A DNA stretch of 53,728 nucleotides, counting the filler, from Jimgerdemannia flammicorona (Eukaryota): NCBI GenBank assembly GCA_003990765.1. It is 2 parts of 2 records of this genome, joined end to end, with 100 filler letters (N's around TTAATTAATTAA, not from the genome) between each part and the next. Parts side by side here need not be neighbours in the genome. Positions count along the whole stretch, not along the records: positions 26,920 to 53,728 come from RBNJ01000693.1; 1 more part is not named here. One strand, written 5' to 3'. The notes under the pieces were generated by a model. It did no database searches and was not told where the DNA came from. It worked only from the letters and a program-made list of their open reading frames with translations. Numbering within the stretch: position 1 is the stretch's first letter; every line of letters begins with the position of its first letter. The position numbers and the translations under genes were made by a program. This document shows positions 37,171 through 49,240 of this stretch, piece after piece.

Positions 37171-40100
37171 TACTTAAGAAAGAGAAAATTTTGATATATA
37201 TCTTTATAAAAATATTATAGAGCTTATCAGTACTTTTTAGAATATATTATATACTTTGAAGATAAGAAAGAATCTCTTTTTAATCAGCAAAATAATGGTC
37301 TGTAATAATAAAGAAATATATATACATCTATAAGAGCAATGATATACAGTTTGAAGAATAATAAAGAGATCATAATAGTATTAAAATTAAGATAATCTTT
37401 ATATGATTAATAGTATACTGAGTAATATAAAGATATCTATATATATAATAACTATGCCTAATATATCTAATACATAGTATCAATACTTAGAATATTTAGA
37501 GAAATCAAGCTTAGAAAGAATAATTAGAAATAGCTCTATATAAGAATTATTAACAATATACTATAGTAGTAATTTCTGTAAAAATTATATGACAAATAAA
37601 GTATTCTAGTATTTATTCAAGAAGTAGATAAAATATATATCTAGCATACTCAATTTAATCTATATAGATATATATAGTCTGATATATATTACTTTCTATA
37701 GAAAGAAGAGATATTTTATTATATTTATCAATAACTATATATATAAGATATATGTTAATAAAGAGCAAAGTCTTAGATAATTTTAAAGAGTTTAAAGTAA
37801 TTACAGAGAAAAAAATAGAATATAGAATATATACTATATATTCAGATAATAAATATAAATATATCAATAGTATATTCAAGTAGTATCTGAGAAAATATGG
37901 TATATATTATCAGATAATAGTACTATATATATGTATACCTGAGCTAGAGTTATCTAAGCTAAAGATAATAGAGATTAAGGATGGCAAAACTGATAATAAT
38001 GATAATGAAAGATCTATTAAGAGTAAGTAAACATAGTCTAATATTTACTGAGAAACTTATTCTAATTTAGAAGGTTATTAGATTATACTAAAGATATCTT
38101 AATATAAGAACTATATAAGCTATACTAAGTTATATAAATATATATTTATTATAACTTCTGGTAAGCTAAACATATATGATGAAATGATAACTTTCTCTAA
38201 TAATAAGAAATAGAAGTAAGCTATAAATAATGAGTATAATTTACTTATCAAAAATGATATGTAAGATCTGATATCTCTTCTGAGTAATCAATAAGCTATA
38301 TAAATAAGATAGATATACAAGATCAAGTATAAGAATAATAAAAGCATAGAGTGATACAAAGTATACTTTATTGCTAAGAGTTATTTATAAGGTTACAGTA
38401 TTGACTATTATGAGATATTTTTACTAATATTAAAGCTTACTTTATGAGAATACTTCTTATAATCAGTAATATATAAAATCTGAAAATCTATCAGATAGAT
38501 AAAAGATGGTTTTTCTCAATAGTGATATATATAGATAGAGAGCTATATATTTATCAGTTATAAAAATATGAGCAGAATGATAATCTTATATATAAATTAT
38601 ATAAAGAATTATATAATATTAAACAAGTAACCTATTTGTGAAATAGAAAAATTGATAAATATCTTCTTAATAATAGCTATATATACTGTAAAGCATAACT
38701 ATATATATGTATATTCAATACTATACTAATGGAGTGACTTTTATCAGTATTTAAATTGATAATATAATTATTATTATAATGAAAAACAAACTTAATAGAG
38801 TTAAAGAAGCTCTATATAAGAAATTCAAAATAACTAACATAAGTAATATATCCTTTCTTTTAGGGATATCTATTATATATATTAGGAGTATATATACTAT
38901 ACATCTTTTGTATCTAAGTTATACTAGAATAATTCAATATAAGTGAATATAAGCCTATTAATACTTCTATAGGTATATCTGTAAAGTTAAAGAAGCTTAA
39001 AATAAATAATAATAATAATAATATATATTCTCTATCAACAAGTAGTCAGTTTGCTCATATATCTTATACTAGAAATAAGATCTGGTATTTTATATACTAT
39101 AAAAAAGATAGTATAGTACTTATTATACTATGATAATTTATATTAAAGTACTATTAAGAGAATGTTTAGATATATTAAAGAAATAGTATATTACATATAT
39201 GCTTACTTTTAGTAGATTGAGCAAAAGTAATAGTAATAATAATAATAATAAGAATAGTATATAACTATCTAGTATATATAATACTAATTAGACTAGATAC
39301 TTAAATAATTACTAATCTATAACTGAGTACTTCTTTTAGTTAAATAATAAAGAAGTTATTTTATAGTAAATATATAAACAGTATTCTATAATAACTTCTT
39401 CTACTCAGACTAAATATCAAGCTGATGAAATAGCAACTTGATATATAGTATTAGAATAGTAACCTGATATATCAGTATATATCCTTATACTATTTTATTA
39501 GATTTATGTCACTTATCAGTAAAGTGTGAAATATGTAATCTATATAATTTCAATAAAATGTCTCTCTCTTTACAATAAAAGATTATGAGTTCTGCTAGTA
39601 CTAAGTAACTATAGTAAAAACACTTCTTTAAAATACACTATACTAGAAATATCTGATGATTAGTCTAGCAATATAAGCATAGAAATAGATATACCAATTA
39701 TGAGCATTCTTCCTATAGGTATAACCTCAATATGTATGGAAAATACAGTTTTAGTTATTAGCATAAATACAGTCAAGAGGTCTATCTCAATCTTCAATAA
39801 GAAAGACTATACTATTTGGATATTTCATATAATGAATCTTTTTGATGAATGTGACTTAGCAGAATATATGAAGCTATAAGTATTAATTCAAGATTATGAT
39901 TATAAATAATCACTAAGTATTATGTGAGATTATATTTATATTATCAAAATTACAAATAAAGCTTATAATATATATAATAACTGCATATAAAGTATAAGAG
40001 ACTCTATACAATCATCATGTACAAGCATCTATATTGAATCAGCTCTACTTGAAATCTTAGCTATTCAATTTTTGAATGAAGCTAAAGAAGAGTATCTATA

Positions 40101-43100
40101 AATATATCAGTCATATTGATGATCTGGTGAATTAAGTGAATTCTCTCAGTATGTCTGCAGATTATATTGAGAATAAAGACAAAGTTATAGCACTTACAAG
40201 AGGACTTCCAGATACATATAATATCATAGTGATAGCCATACATGAGAGTGAGAGACTCTAAAATTATACCCATATAATAATGAACCTCATGAACTAGGAA
40301 ATGTGCCAAGAAAACAGTACTAATGATGATGAAAATGCCTTCTACAAGTCCTATAGACATGGTGCTAAATAAGATCAAAAGTATGGTCAACAATAAGGCC
40401 AAAGGAGATAAATTCAAACCCAAGCTCAATAATGCAATAATCAGTCTAGCCAATCAGCTAAGTATAAAAGGTACTGTAAATATTGTGGCAAGTATAGATA
40501 TAGGAAATACCATTGCTATAGCTGGGAAAATAATAAGGAAAGTGGTGAAAATAAGCAATAATGTAAAAGCCAGTATTGGTAATATAGATATAGAAACTAT
40601 AGAGGAAAGTATGGTAATACAAATACTACTAAAACTAATGAAAGCAGTAATCTATTTTTTGTACAAACTGCTAGCTCTACTACTAATTCCATCAGTACCA
40701 ATTCTGCTAGTATAAGATCTACTACTAAATTCACCAATCTATCATCTATATATATAAAGGATACTACTATATATAATTTGCATAATAACAAGCTAATGAT
40801 AGCTTTGAAATATAGAAATCTTTATATGATCAATAGGATACTAAATAGTATAAAAGTCTCTACTTATATAATAACTATGCCTAATGCATCCAATATATAG
40901 TATCAATACTTAAGATATATCAGTAAGACAAGCCTCAAATATATGATAAGAAGTAGCTTAGTGAAAGGATTGCTAACATATATATGTATATCTAGAGAAT
41001 AGCTTTTGTGAGACATATGTAGAAAACAAAGCTTCTTAGTAACTATTTGAAAAATGATTAAAGTGTGCTTTGGGGATTCTTAATCTTATCTACACTGATA
41101 TATATGGTCCAATATATATCTCATCACACTTTGGTAAGAGATATTTTCTAATATTTATCAATAATTATATATATAAGATATATGTATATTTTCTATTAGT
41201 AAAGAGTAAAGCCTTAGAGAAATTCAAAGAATTCAAAACAATTACCAAGAATGAAATAGAATATAGAATATATGCTATATACTTAGATAATAGATATAAA
41301 TATATCAATAATATGTTTAGAGAATTTTTGATGAAACAGAGTATATCCTATCAAATAATGACTCTTTATATGTCTTAGCAAAATGGCATGGCTGAGCAAT
41401 TTAACTATATGGCCATTGAAATAGTATAGATAATGATCAATGTTACTGGATTAGGATATTCCTATTGAGCTGAAGCCATCAATATAACAGCATATATCTA
41501 CAATTAGTGTATATCTTAATTACTAAGTAAGAAAGCTAGTAACAACAAACATAAGAATAATAATCTTACTCCTGAAGAATTATAGAGTGAATTAAGCTAA
41601 ACATATCTCATCTATATATATTCAGATATATGTATATATCTTTGATAAAAGTAATATCAATTGATACAAATTTGAGCCAAAAGCAGCCAAGTATACATAT
41701 ACTCCTTAGATATAGTAGAAAAATGTATAGGTTCTGAAATCTATATATAAAATACATAGTGATTTTACATAATATACAATTCAATGAAAAAGATAATAAT
41801 AAGGAGATCTGTATAAAATACCCATGGAGACCTCTATATCTATATTTCAGCCAGTATAACAATCAGTATTGCCAACATCTCCAATAATTTCAGTAGTGAA
41901 TCAAAATTATTATTAACTACTATATGTATCTAAGCCAGAGTTATCTGAATTAAGAATCACCAAGATTAAAGAAGATGATACTAGTGAATCTTTCAATAAT
42001 AAAGAATCTTCTATAAAAAGTAAACAGATACAAAAATGCTCTAATGTATGCTAAGAGATATATTCAGAATTAGAAAGTTATTGAGACATGCCAGTGAGCC
42101 CTAGATGGTAGTAATGTCAAGACCATGTTAGCTATACCAAAGTATATGAATATATATATATTGTAATATCTTCTGGCAAGCCAAGTATATATAACAAGAC
42201 TATGCAATACCTGGATAGTAAGAAATGAGAATGTATGATGGATGAGAAATATGATTTACTTATTAAGAATTGTATGTGAGATCTAGTATCTCTTCTGCCA
42301 AACTATCAAGCAATTAGATTCAAGTGGATATATAGAATAAAGTGTAATACTGATAGTAATATAGAGTGGTATAAAGCTTGTTTTATTACCAAGAGTCATT
42401 TACAGGATTATGGTATAGACTATGATAGGATATTTTTACTAGTATTTAAGCTTACTTTGCTTAGAATACTTCTTACAATTAGTGTGGTATATATATAACC
42501 TTGAAATTAATCAAATGAATATAAAGACAGTATTTTTAAATAGTAATATAGATACTGAATTATATATCCATCAATCATAAGGATATGAAAATAGTAAGCT
42601 CATATAGATTACATAAGAGACTATATAGTATTAAGCAAGTAGTATGACTATAGAATAAAAGAATTGATAAGCATCTACTTGACAATAAATTCATATATTA
42701 CAAAGCAGATAATTGTGTATATATTCAGTATTATCACAATGGTATAGTATTTATTAATATATAGATCAATAATATAATCATCATTACTAGTAAAAATAGG
42801 CTTAATAAAGTCAAAGAAGCCCTATACTGAGAATTCAAGATAACTAATATAGACAATGCTTTCTTCCTTTTAGAGATATTGATTACACATGATAAGAATA
42901 TATATGCCATATATCTCTTATAAGAAAAATATGCTAAAGCCATTCAATATAAGTGAATATAAGCCAGTCAGCACTCCTTTTTTTTTTTTTTTTTTTTTTT
43001 TATGGACTCAGAGTCCTATAGATTTTTATTAGAAGGGAACCTAGACTATATAGACCAAAACCCTCCCCCACCACCCATCAAGCACTGCCCTCCTATTAAT

Positions 43101-43599
43101 CTAGGCTAGCTATTGTCCAGCAGCTTGACTATATCAGATACAGCAGAGCCTATGTTGGCCCTAGTGCTCTGAATGGATAAAGTTGATCCAGATGAGATTT
43201 GATTCAGATTCATCATATAATGGATTGGAATCAACTCAGATTGGTCTCATGATCTGATCTGGATTGATTCAGATTGATCTATCTGAATTGAAATCTTTAG
43301 TGACATCACTCTTTCTTTTGTTTATTTTGCTCTTGTTTTTTTTTTTTCTACTATACTTTGGTGACATTACTCTTTCCTTTTGTTCCCTTTCTTCTTTTGT
43401 TCTTTTTTTTATTCTTTCCTACTACATCATAAGTAAACAAAACAGCAGCCCTTAATTCATATATTGGTCTAGTTTACTTATTTTTTACCCTGCAATGATT
43501 ACTAAAAGAGGGAGTATTTGAGGTAGAAATACACTCTCTGCTGACAATATTAGATTCTTTCTCATATGGGTAGCACACAAGCTACTCATCAAGAGCCAA

Positions 43600-45583
43600 A
43601 GAGACAATGGTAGTGATGATGATAGTGGTAATGACAATAGCAGTAGTAATGGCGGTAATAATGGCAGTAGTGATGGTAGGGATGAGAGAGAATTCTAGTA
43701 ACAACTCATAGCAGCCCTTCAGACCTCAGAATTCACAGACCTCACAGCTATATATATGGCAGCCTTTTTGGAGTAGCTGATAGTAGATATAGGTTGCTTA
43801 CTCAGCTACTACTTATTTACTTGTATTTATTTAAATTTCCCCAACATAACTCAATTCACCTTATGCTTTTCTTAGAGTCTATAGCTCTATAGTGAGATCT
43901 GCTGACTTTATTCACAACATCTGGTCAAGATGAAGAAAGGCTGGCAGATATTGTGGAGCATGCCTTTGGTGGCTAAGCTATTGAGTCAATACATCACATA
44001 GTGGAGATCTCAAAAGGAACAGAAGTAAGCCTTTATGAGTAATCTTGTGCAACTTATACAACTTGTGCAACTCATTAGCATACAACTTATTGGCATGCAG
44101 CTCACTCACTTACTCACTCATGCTTGTTTTCTGAAATACCCATCTCAATGTTTTATTTAACTTCATTTTTTATGTAGTCTCCCTCTAAAAAATACTTACA
44201 CCTATATGTAACCTGTCTGTATACAACCTGCCCATACACAATCTGTCTGCATACAATCTATCCATATGCAATCTGTCTGCATGCAATCTGTCTGCATGCA
44301 ACCCATCTACATACAACCTATCTGCATACTTATCTTAGTCTCTCAGATCAGGACTCAGTTCTATTGAAAAGAAGAGTTCAAAGTTATCTGAGTTCAACCA
44401 CATCCAGTATCTGATCAAATAGAGAAATTCAAGGACAAGATATTCAGCATAAGCAGTACCAGCATTGTCATTAAGACTTGGGGGTCTATATTCAAATCAG
44501 AGCCAATTGTTCTCAACCAAGGAGTCTATTGGCCAGCAGGAGTAACCAATGATGAAAAGAACTATATAATTATTAATAAATATGGAGAGGTGGTTGCAAT
44601 GGTGGTAAGAAACCTTTATGGTAATGAGCTTTACTACCACATCAATAAGATTTGTAAGGATTGTATCAAATACTGAGTGGCAGAAAAGAGAGGGCAAAAA
44701 AAGCAAGGAGGGGGGTTTGGATGGGAATTGGGTATATTGCAACACTGGTAAAGAGTGGGTTCCAGAGTTCTGAAATCTCCTGCACTCATCTCCCTTTTTT
44801 TTACTCCTTCCTAGATAAATTACACTCTTCACTGATATACTCTTTTTGATATAATTCCAGAGATACACAAGATTCTGTACTCCTACTGGAACTTTAGAAG
44901 TGCTGTCAAAGAGCAAACTGTACATGAGCATGACACAGCCTGTGTAGCAATGGTGGCTATGATCTGGAGTTCTTTAAGCAGATTGATAGAGTGTATAGCA
45001 GGCCAGCTTGATAGTGATCTTAGTATAGCTGTATGTATATTCTTGGCACAATTTAGTATGCCATATGAGGTGAGGAGCTCTGCTTTTTTTGGGTGCTGTA
45101 GTCCAGGGGGTTTCTGCAGCCCAGAGGGTTTCTGCCCCCCTGTATGCAAAAAGGACTGACCAGTTGCCATCTGTTTTGACAGGTTTCCAAGCTGGGGCTC
45201 CCAGGGCTGGACCAAGAGTAGGTATCCACCAGCACAGTCTGGCAGTATGAGGTCCTGGGCTAAGGATTCATCCAATCATATACTTATATCACATCAGACA
45301 CAATGTTTCTCTGCCCACACACACAGATAATAATGTCATCCTAGTAATATTTTATATCTCAGAAAGGAAGGGCCCAACCTGTGAGGATAGTGGTAGAGTC
45401 TGGTATGACCTTACCTATAGTTTTGGGGTTCCATTTACAGCCAACATGACCATTCTATTCTAACCACATGACTATTATGGCACTGTTGTCTTCAAGGAGA
45501 GCTCAGACACAATAGTTGTCATACTCACAATAGATAATAGGCTCATCAAGGCCTGGGACCAGTGGGTGGAGCAGTTTTTGTAA
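43600..45583 (+). pseudogene. Putative TET/JBP-like 2OG-Fe(II) dioxygenase (spliced; 5' exons uncertain, core 44340-45583)
   Basis: IIINKYGEVVAMVV, GVWMGIGY, LGLPGLDQE, HTD (45320-45328), GRVWYDLTYSFGVPFTANMTILF(Q)PHDY(H)GT; GT-AG introns ~44755-44860 and ~45070-45182. Confidence 0.66.
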
Positions 45584-45584
45584 A

Positions 45585-46425
45585 GGTTAGACAATCTTTT
45601 GCAAGGGTTAGACAATCTTTTGTAAGGGTTAGGTAGTTATTTTGGGTGGGTTGGGCAGTTTTTTGTCAGGGGTTGGGCTGGACATCTCTTCTGTAGCACT
45701 AGTTTAGCTGTTATGCAGGGCCCTACTAGCCCCTCTATAGTGTTACTGATGCAGTGCTATGGTGCAGGACCAGGGTGTCCATGGGACCTGAGCTCAAATC
45801 TGTAGTAGACTTCAACTACTAGAAGTACTCTCTAACTGCCAGAAGTATCCTCTAACTACCAGAAGCACTCTCTGACCACCAGAAGCACCCTCCAATCACT
45901 AGAAGTACCCTCTAACCTAGACTCAGACTTCTTGGTAGCTTGGGGCTGCCCCTATATTGCTGACAGAAAACTGTATATTTTGTGTGCTCCCTCCACCTGC
46001 CCTGTCTGTCCTGGATACTTGTGGCTTGAGGCTGCCCCTTGCTACCAGTGGAGGGCCACAAATTTTGCACACTCCCACTACTAACTCTATACCCACCAAC
46101 TCTACCAACCAATCCTGCCCACTGATCTGAGTACTGATAGCTTGGGGCTACCCCTCACTACTGGCAGAGAGTTGCAAATTTTGCACACTCCCTCTGCCTA
46201 CCCCCCCTTTACTAACCTGGACACTTGTGGCTTGGAGCTGCTCCTTACTGCCAGCAGAGGGCTACAAATTTTACATGCTCTCTCTGCCGACCCTGTACCC
46301 ACCCACCAACCTGCTCACCAATCCAGGCACTGATAGCTTGGGGCTGCCCCTTACTGCTGGCAGAGGGCTGTAAATTTTTCATACTCCCTCTACTACCACC
46401 ACCAACCCTGCCAACCACTGCCCTA
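45585..46425. repeat. Tandem repeat cluster between the convergent hAT genes (~22-bp, 20-bp x5, ~90-115-bp x5)
   Basis: AAGGGTTAGACAATCTTTTG; CYAGAAGYACYCTCTAAC (45819-45917); GCTTGGGGCTGCCCC at ~45938, 46024, 46140, 46230 and 46336. Confidence 0.88.
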
Positions 46426-46539
46426 CTTAGGCCACAAACTTCAGGCTGAGTTCTCAGGTTTTTTTCCCCTTTTTATTATTTTTGAAAGATATTAAATATT
46501 CCACAAGAACAACCAACTCATCTGCAAACCCTCAGGACC

Positions 46540-49240
46540 TGCTGAATTTTAGCAGCCTGAGCCCCACCAAGACTTTAGATACATATATACCTTGATTGTC
46601 TCAGCATTCAGTATACACCTCTTTGGGACAATGAGATCCACCCCACCTGAGAACATCTGCTTGACAGGAGTGCTAGAGGTAGGAATCACCAGGTAGTTTC
46701 AAGTCATATCACACAGGCAGGGAAAGTCCATTTGATGTAGCTACATACCCTGGTGGATAGAGTGGTGGTTAGATTGGTGGGTTAAATTGGCCCAACACCT
46801 GTCTGATAACCACCTTCTACCAGTTGAGTACCTCTACACCCTCTAGCAGGATCATGTGGTCACTGGTGAAGTAAATTGTAAGTTTATCTATTGACAGCAG
46901 CTCTTCTACTGATGGCTTTCTCTTCTTCTTTCTGCTGAAGTAAATGTGGGATAGGAGGAATTCCTCAGCATATTTATTTAGACTTCAGCTGGAACTTTGT
47001 AGTGGTGTGTAGTTTTTCCAGTATACTTCAATTATGGCCTGCTTGGTTCTCTCAATGAAGTGCTACTCCTAGCCCTGATCTTTATGGTATTGTAGCTTTA
47101 AGTGTGGGTCCAGTACTATTTAAAGAAAAGAGAGTGAGTTTTTGCAGAGATTTCTCTATTTTGGAAGGAGCAATGGCTATATGCTGATATCAACATATCT
47201 GTACTAATTGAGTATACAGTGATATCTGTTTTGGAGTAGTATTTTCTAAGCTTGCTTAGAGCAACCTCTATGGTATCTCTCTGATCTAGGCTTAATCATA
47301 AATCACCACAACTCTCCAGTCTGTCCTCAAGCTTATTCTCTAGCTAGTCAATCAGAAGGTTATATGTATACTAGTATTGCAGAGCTTATTGTCAAGGTCA
47401 TTTGTTTGACTATATCCTTCATACAATCATCAAAACACTGGCAGTTATATATGGTGAGATATTGTATTGTGTAGAGGCAGACAAAACAAGTATATAAGCA
47501 GACAAAACAAGTGTAGAGCCAGAGCAATCACCACTTACTTCCAAAACTCTGACAACATTCCTAAGTATATCCCACTTGCTTTCACCTAGAGCCTCACTCT
47601 GTATTTCCTTATCAGCAGTCACTATTGAATCTATGGGCTTTTTTTGTTTTTTTTTTTTTAAAAAATAAATCTTCAATTATCCAAAACAAGTTGCTTTAGC
47701 TAACCAAAGAAAAAAAGGATACATATTACAGCAAACTCCAGTGCATGCTAGATTATTGCAAATGTTGAGTTCTAATGCATACAGATGTCCAATATAAGCT
47801 CTTTCAGGGCTAAACTAATTGCCCTATACTGTACAGCAAATTTGTCTCATCATTGTGGAGATGATTGGATTGACACAACCAGTTTGTGTAGCTTGGAAAT
47901 TATACTCAGGGCCCCTCCTCTCTCAGATGTTTTGTCTATGTGTATAAGATAGTCCTGAACAGTGAGGTTCAGTACATGGGCCTGGCATTATACACAATAG
48001 CTTTCTACACTGAAGGTCATATTTTCCTGTTTGAGGCTAGCTGCTAAAACTTGAAAAAATGTTGAGTTATTTGTGGTATTATCTGTTGTAATGGCCAAAA
48101 TCTATACTTGAAATATTCAGTTGGCAAATTTATGCAAAAATAAATAACCAATAAAATCTGTTTTGTTTTAGAACCTCTCTCAAAATACTGACCTGATGGC
48201 AAGCCCTCCTTTTTTACCTTGGTTGTGATCCCAAGCTCTCAGATACAATTAATAAAAGTATCTGTGATGTTGTCTCCAGAATGAGGGCCAGCAAGTTTGA
48301 CAAAGTCAAGGGTGAGAGATTTAAGCTATCAATCAAGGTCAATCTAATGACCAGTAATACTCAGAAATAAAATTGCATTGGGGGATGTTCATGTGTTAAT
48401 TATAAATGAAATTTTGCCTGCCAAATTCTGCTTATTGAATGTGAGGTTAAATTGGTGAGCTCTTTATAAAAATATATATATAATTCAGCTTGTAAAGATC
48501 ATAGTACTACCCTTATTTTACCTGAAGTATCTGGTGGAGATTATCATGCTCCTTCCTATAGACCTTCAGGACATCTTTGCAAATAGTATTGATACTTGGC
48601 AAATATAAATCATGTTTGAGGAGGCCAAATATACTATGCAATTGATCACTCTTGATAGTTGTGAATAGTTGGTCTGTGTATACAATCTAGCAAATAAGCC
48701 AATTTCAAAATTCTGCCAAAGAGTATGGCTAAATATTTTTGATTAAACAGGGTTATTAGTATAGAAATAGTCAGACAATTAGATAAATATACCCACTACA
48801 GCTTGGATGTCAATTTTATTTGTCTTCATATTCTTTCTGATTTTGTCAGAGTACTTGTCTTTTATATATCAATATATATTTGAAGTCATACTACTAAGTA
48901 TTTTGAACTTCTGACTGGTGCAGTTTATGGAGATAGATGAAACAGTATCATATGTATGTCAAACAAAAAGTGTCAGTTATATCAATAGGTACATCTTAAT
49001 TTTTTACCTATAATAATTATAAATAATATCATCTCCTATCTTAGCACAATATTGTTAGATTTTGGAGTGAGGATTGTGTGGAAGGAGTAGAACTAACAGA
49101 GATGTTTAACTTGAAGCATCATCAGTACTGTGAACTATTGAAGACTAATCTGTTGACATATATATTTGCATGTTTGTGTATACTTATATATATTTACATA
49201 TATGTGTATTGTATATGTAGATGTGTCTGGCATATGAGTC
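46540..49240 (-). pseudogene. hAT transposase (intron-containing)
   Basis: NT(W)TSPNA..FLSITGH(W)ID, GPHSGDNI, AITTDNTTNN, CQAHVLNL, LDPHLK, dimerisation region NYLVIPTSSTPVKQMFSGG...LKSWW. Confidence 0.94.

Noticed and set aside
45936..46425. CRISPR-like array
   Set aside because: The intervening sequences resemble each other rather than being unique spacers; eukaryotic TE context; no cas genes.
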